A model generated the notes under the pieces. That model did not search any database. It was not told the origin of the DNA and saw only the letters and a program-made list of their open reading frames with translations. A stretch of 64,000 nt of DNA from the NCBI GenBank assembly GCA_031385045.1, contig JANNBC010000015.1, positions 1 through 64,000 on the forward strand, given 5' to 3'. The stretch is from a bacterium. GTDB taxonomy: Bacteria > Bdellovibrionota_C > UBA2361 > CALJRW01. This document shows positions 60,059 through 64,000 of this stretch, piece after piece (positions within the stretch are counted from its first letter, which is position 1; each line of letters begins with the position of its first letter). A program made the position numbers and the translations under genes.

Positions 60059-61210
60059 TCACAGAGAGCTTTTCGTAAGGAATCGGATTGGGCTATCCTC
60101 AAATTCTAAATAGTTTTCTTTAGTAATAATAGTCACTTTTGCTGTAGGAAATTTCTTTTTAAATTGATCGAGGCCAGAAGTATTTTTTTTACGTCCACTT
60201 TTTACCTCAATTGCCCAGATATTTCGCCCTTGCTGCAAGACGTAATCCACTTCATGTTTTCCATCCCGCCAGTAATATAAATCCTCCCCTGTCCTAACTA
60301 GTTGTGCTCCAACAATCAGTTCAAAGATCCTACCGACTTCTTCTGGATGATACTCAGCTCTGATTTGTAGATATGGCAAACAAGGTGCTAATGGTAAAAT
60401 CTTAGGAGAAGAAGCCTTTCTTAAAATTGCTTTATTAGAAAACTTATCTAAGGCTTTAATTAAATAAGCACCTTCATAAAGACTAATATAATATTTAATG
60501 ACTTCAACATTTCCCTTGTCTTGCAATTGCCCAAGTAGTTTGGTGTAAGATATTTCTCTTGCTGGATAAGCAATTAAGATGTCAAATGCTTGCCTAAATA
60601 ATGCTGGATTTTTAACTGTCTGAAATTGTAAAATATCTTTTTCAACCACTGTCGAAATAATTGAATTCTTAACGTATTCAACCCAGTCTTTAGTATTAAT
60701 AAATTGATACGATCCTGGATACCCACCGAACTGTAAGTATTCTTCAAAGCTTAGTTGATACCCTTCCTTCGATTCTTGATAATTCCAGTGATAGGCACGA
60801 AGCAATTGAAATCTTCCTGTTAAACTTTCGGTTAATCCTTTTTGAATCTCTAGGGAGCTAGATCCTAAAAGTACACAAGCAACTTGCCGTTTGTCTTTTT
60901 TACTCTGGTCGTAAAGTGACTTAATCGCTTCTGACCAATTATGAATTTTTTGGATTTCATCAATAAATAGTATTTTATTACCGCTTTGCGCTTCAATCCA
61001 TTTCTCGCGAAGCCAATTTACATCAGGATTAAACACTTGATCCGTACTAAAATAGAGTGCTTGATCTTGGTAATGCTCCTCAATCAGCTTAAGAATCGTT
61101 GTTGTTTTTCCTACTTGTCTTGGGCCTAAGAGAACTTGAATTAGGCCACTAGCAGAAGCAAGCCTCTCTTGTAGTAGTTTGATATAACTAAGAAATATTG
61201 GTATTTTCAT
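60059..61210 (-). CDS. AAA_14 ATPase with DUF4143 C-terminus (start 61210 preferred)
   Basis: LGPRQVGKTT, IDEIQ, GSSS, ESLTGRF, GGYPG, EVDY..IEVKSG. Confidence 0.9.
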   Translation of the reverse strand: MKIPIFLSYIKLLQERLASASGLIQVLLGPRQVGKTTTILKLIEEHYQDQALYFSTDQVFNPDVNWLREKWIEAQSGNKILFIDEIQKIHNWSEAIKSLYDQSKKDKRQVACVLLGSSSLEIQKGLTESLTGRFQLLRAYHWNYQESKEGYQLSFEEYLQFGGYPGSYQFINTKDWVEYVKNSIISTVVEKDILQFQTVKNPALFRQAFDILIAYPAREISYTKLLGQLQDKGNVEVIKYYISLYEGAYLIKALDKFSNKAILRKASSPKILPLAPCLPYLQIRAEYHPEEVGRIFELIVGAQLVRTGEDLYYWRDGKHEVDYVLQQGRNIWAIEVKSGRKKNTSGLDQFKKKFPTAKVTIITKENYLEFEDSPIRFLTKSSL

Positions 61211-61217
61211 TTTTAAT

Positions 61218-61255
61218 AGCATAACCTATCAAAAATAATAGGTCAACCTATTATT
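61218..61255 (-). promoter_or_regulatory. Palindrome centred on the -35 box of a leaderless-type promoter
   Basis: AATAATAGGT-CA-ACCTATTATT (61234-61255); minus strand TTGACC-N17-TATGCT-N7-ATG(61210). Confidence 0.75.
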
Positions 61256-61412
61256 ACAAAGATACCAAGTTCAAAGTTTTACTTTTGTTCAATAATCTAT
61301 TGAAATTTAACACCTTTTATTGCTACTAAACTAAGCTTGCCTAGTCCAAGACAGGAGGCTGAAAGGAGGGATAGGCAGCCTCTAATATATCAAGACTGCC
61401 CTACCTATAAAC

Positions 61413-62504
61413 TTACCAGGCTAAAGAACCTGCAGTTTGATACTCAGTAACACGAGTTTCAAAGAAGTTTTTCTCTTTACCCAGATCAATTGTTTCGCTC
61501 ATCCATGGGAATGGATTTTTTGAACCAAAGATAGCGTTTAATCCAATACGCTCTACGCGACGATCGGCAATGTACTGAACATAGTCACGGAACATCTCAT
61601 GATTTAGTCCTAAGATGCCACGTGGTAAACAATCAACGGCATAAGCATATTCTAACTCAACAGCTTGTTTAATTAAGTCATAAATTTCTGCTTTGAACTC
61701 TTCTGTCCAAATATCTGGATTTTCAGCTTTAATCCCATTGATTAAATCAATTCCAAAATTTAAGTGAATTGTTTCATCACGTAAAATATACTGGAACTGC
61801 TCACCAATTCCAGTCATGCGGTTCTGGCGATGGAAAGACAAGATCATGGCAAATCCACTATAGAAGAAAAGTCCTTCCATAATGATATAGTAACCAATCA
61901 GGTTACGAACAAATCGTCGCTGACCTTCTGTAGTTGAGGTAGTAAAATTAGGATCAATTAACTCTTTAGTGAATTGCATCTCAAAAGCATCTTTCTTATG
62001 AATTGCAGGAATCTCATTATACATGTTAAAGATTTCACTCTCGTCCAGATTTAATGACTCAACAATATAATGAAAAGTATGAGTATGAATAGCCTCTTCA
62101 AATCCTTGACGAAGTAAATACTGGCGACATTCTGGATTGGTAACATGTTTAAAGATTGCTAGTACAATGTTATTACCAACAAGGCTTTCCGCTGTACTAA
62201 AAAACCCAAGATTACGTTTAATTACTAGACGCTCATCATCAGTTAGTGTGTTAGATTTCCAAAGTTCAATATCCTTAGACATTGGCACTTCTGTTGGCAT
62301 CCAGTTGTTAGCGCAACCGTTTAGGTAATGCTCCCAGGCCCATTTATATTTGAGGGGCATTAATTGATTAACATCAACAGCATTACAATTTACCAAACGT
62401 TTCTGATCGGCTCTAAAACGTGCTTGATTACCAAGAAGCGCTTCAGCCGCCGCTTGTTTTTCTTTAGAATCGTTACTTCCTTCATTGTCTCCGAAGTCTA
62501 ACAT
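61413..62504 (-). CDS. nrdB: Ribonucleotide reductase beta subunit, class Ic (Mn/Fe) type
   Basis: FFSTAE(106)SL and EE(137)AIH(140)THTF(144): Glu in place of the Asp ligand, Phe in place of the radical Tyr; [15 protein letters not shown]. Confidence 0.9.
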   Translation of the reverse strand: MLDFGDNEGSNDSKEKQAAAEALLGNQARFRADQKRLVNCNAVDVNQLMPLKYKWAWEHYLNGCANNWMPTEVPMSKDIELWKSNTLTDDERLVIKRNLGFFSTAESLVGNNIVLAIFKHVTNPECRQYLLRQGFEEAIHTHTFHYIVESLNLDESEIFNMYNEIPAIHKKDAFEMQFTKELIDPNFTTSTTEGQRRFVRNLIGYYIIMEGLFFYSGFAMILSFHRQNRMTGIGEQFQYILRDETIHLNFGIDLINGIKAENPDIWTEEFKAEIYDLIKQAVELEYAYAVDCLPRGILGLNHEMFRDYVQYIADRRVERIGLNAIFGSKNPFPWMSETIDLGKEKNFFETRVTEYQTAGSLAW

Positions 62505-62541
62505 TTTCTATCTCCTAAATAATTACCACTTTAAAATTACT

Positions 62542-62564
62542 GCGTCTGACTAAATGTCAGACGC
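62542..62564. other. Intercistronic hairpin between nrdA and nrdB
   Basis: GCGTCTGAC-TAAAT-GTCAGACGC. Confidence 0.55.
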
Positions 62565-62576
62565 TACATCTACTGC

Positions 62577-64000
62577 TTACTGACAGCTTTCACACTCACC
62601 ATCAAGATTTTGGGTCTCTTTGGGAAGTGCCACAGCATCACGGTTTACATTCACTTCACCAGAAGAAGATTTATTCTTCATCCAACGAGGCTGTAACCCA
62701 CGCTTATTAACATCCATTGTTGATTTCTCAATTTGAGTAGCCCCTAGACATCTCAAATAATAAGTAGTTTTCAAGCCTTTCTTCCAAGCTGAAAAATACA
62801 TTTCATTTAACTTCTTTCCACTTGGCTCAGCCATGTAAAGGTTAAGTGACTGACCCATATCAATCCACTTCTGACGACGAGCAGCGCAATCAACGATCCA
62901 CTCAGGATCAATTTCAAAAGAAGTTAGATAAACCTGCTTAAGATCATTAGGAATTCTTTCAATTTCTAAAATTGATCCATCAAAGTATTTCAGATCATCA
63001 ACCATTTCCTCGTCCCAAAGATCTAATTTCTTCAACTCGTGAACTAGGTAATCGTTAATTACAATAAACTCACCAGATAAGTTAGACTTAGCAAATAGAT
63101 GTTTGTAAGCCGGTTCAATCGATTGAGTTACACCAGAGATATTAGAAATTGTAGCCGTTGGAGCAATCGCCATAGTATTACTATTACGCATTCCATATTT
63201 CTTGATTGAATCACGAACAACCTGCCAATCTAGAGTTGTTTCTTTATTTAGATCACAATACTCAGCACCACGGTTTTTTTCTAAGATTTCTAAAGTATCA
63301 ATTGGAAGTAATCCACGATCCCATTTAGATCCTTGGTAAGATGGATAAGCTCCACGCTCTTTAGCAAGTTCACTAGAACCTAAGATTGCGTAATAAGAAA
63401 TAAGTTCCATAGAACGATCCGCAAACTCTACCGCCTCAGGGCTCGCATAGCTAACTCGCTTCATGTACAAGCAGTCTTGGAATCCCATAATGCCTAAACC
63501 AATTGGACGATGCTGTAAGTTAGAAAACTCAGCTTCTGGAATTGGATAAAAGTTAATATCAATGACGTTATCCAACATGCGAATAGCTGTCTTAATATTC
63601 TTAGCTAGTAATTCCCGATCAAGATCGCCGTTAGCCTTAATATGTTTTGGTAAATTTAAAGAGCCTAAGTTACAAACCGCGGTTTCTTTCTCAGAAGTAT
63701 TTAATAAAATCTCTGTGCAAAGGTTAGAGCTATGAACTACACCCTTATGATCTTGAGGAGATCTTAAGTTAGAAGGATCTTTAAATGTAATCCAAGGATG
63801 CCCAGTTTCAAACAACATGCTCAGCATCTTTCTCCAAAGAGTTAGAGCTTCCACAGTTTTGTAAAGTTTAATTTCTCCCTTAGCAACCATCTCTTCGTAC
63901 TCTTGGTAACGCTTATCAAAAGCTGCACCATAAAGATCGTGTAGGTCAGGAACATCACTTGGGCTAAACATTGTCCAGTTACCGTTTTCGGCAACTCGTT
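62577..64000 (-). CDS. nrdA: Ribonucleotide reductase alpha subunit, 5' part outside the window
   Basis: [29 protein letters not shown]-terminal CESCQ. Confidence 0.95.
   Translation of the reverse strand, partial: RVAENGNWTMFSPSDVPDLHDLYGAAFDKRYQEYEEMVAKGEIKLYKTVEALTLWRKMLSMLFETGHPWITFKDPSNLRSPQDHKGVVHSSNLCTEILLNTSEKETAVCNLGSLNLPKHIKANGDLDRELLAKNIKTAIRMLDNVIDINFYPIPEAEFSNLQHRPIGLGIMGFQDCLYMKRVSYASPEAVEFADRSMELISYYAILGSSELAKERGAYPSYQGSKWDRGLLPIDTLEILEKNRGAEYCDLNKETTLDWQVVRDSIKKYGMRNSNTMAIAPTATISNISGVTQSIEPAYKHLFAKSNLSGEFIVINDYLVHELKKLDLWDEEMVDDLKYFDGSILEIERIPNDLKQVYLTSFEIDPEWIVDCAARRQKWIDMGQSLNLYMAEPSGKKLNEMYFSAWKKGLKTTYYLRCLGATQIEKSTMDVNKRGLQPRWMKNKSSSGEVNVNRDAVALPKETQNLDGECESCQ

Noticed and set aside
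722..62328. Short ORF-track entries nested in or antisense to long genes (e.g. 722..949, 3402..3632, 11031..11246, 23668..23901, 34125..34394, 41355..41576, 46371..46646, 62137..62328)
   Set aside because: They overlap well-supported CDSs and carry no motifs; treated as shadow ORFs.
1..64000. CRISPR array, rRNA or tRNA genes
   Set aside because: No regularly spaced repeat-spacer series or recognisable structural RNA seen by eye; the 32-nt unit at 44641-44704 has only two abutting copies and no spacer.

Overview
AT-rich bacterial chromosomal window. The lineage is not determinable here, but the Tad/Flp, PEP-CTERM/FemAB and GldAFG-like content suggests a Gram-negative deltaproteobacteria/Bdellovibrionota-like organism (inference). 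Layout: (1) 1-141 is the left end of an IS3-family element. (2) 337-19818 is a Wza/Wzc exopolysaccharide cluster with GT2/GT4 enzymes, four methyltransferase domains, a kinase plus an apparent pseudokinase, and a PEP-CTERM-system FemAB protein. (3) 20435-25958 holds PBP1A and a GldAFG-like ABC system. (4) 26304-44704 is an accessory island: three toxin-antitoxin modules, a giant TadE-like protein, an M12B protease, an HTH / divergent IMPDH-like / HAD cassette, a tandem array of secreted paralogs with swapped C-terminal anchors, an Flp-like pilin, a SauUSI-like type IV restriction enzyme and an AAA/DUF4143 ATPase. (5) 44891-64000 has envelope and housekeeping genes (cpaB, O-antigen ligase-like, SURF1, pdxH), two more AAA/DUF4143 genes and a class Ic (Mn/Fe) ribonucleotide reductase. 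Strongest leads: three dispersed AAA/DUF4143 genes each preceded by a different palindrome overlapping a TTGAC -35 box (one has perfect 28-bp arms); the choice-of-anchor paralog array, including a decayed third copy missing from the ORF track; and the divergent IMPDH-like/HAD cassette. Family calls come from motif recognition by eye; no database searches were run. No rRNA, tRNA or CRISPR array was seen.
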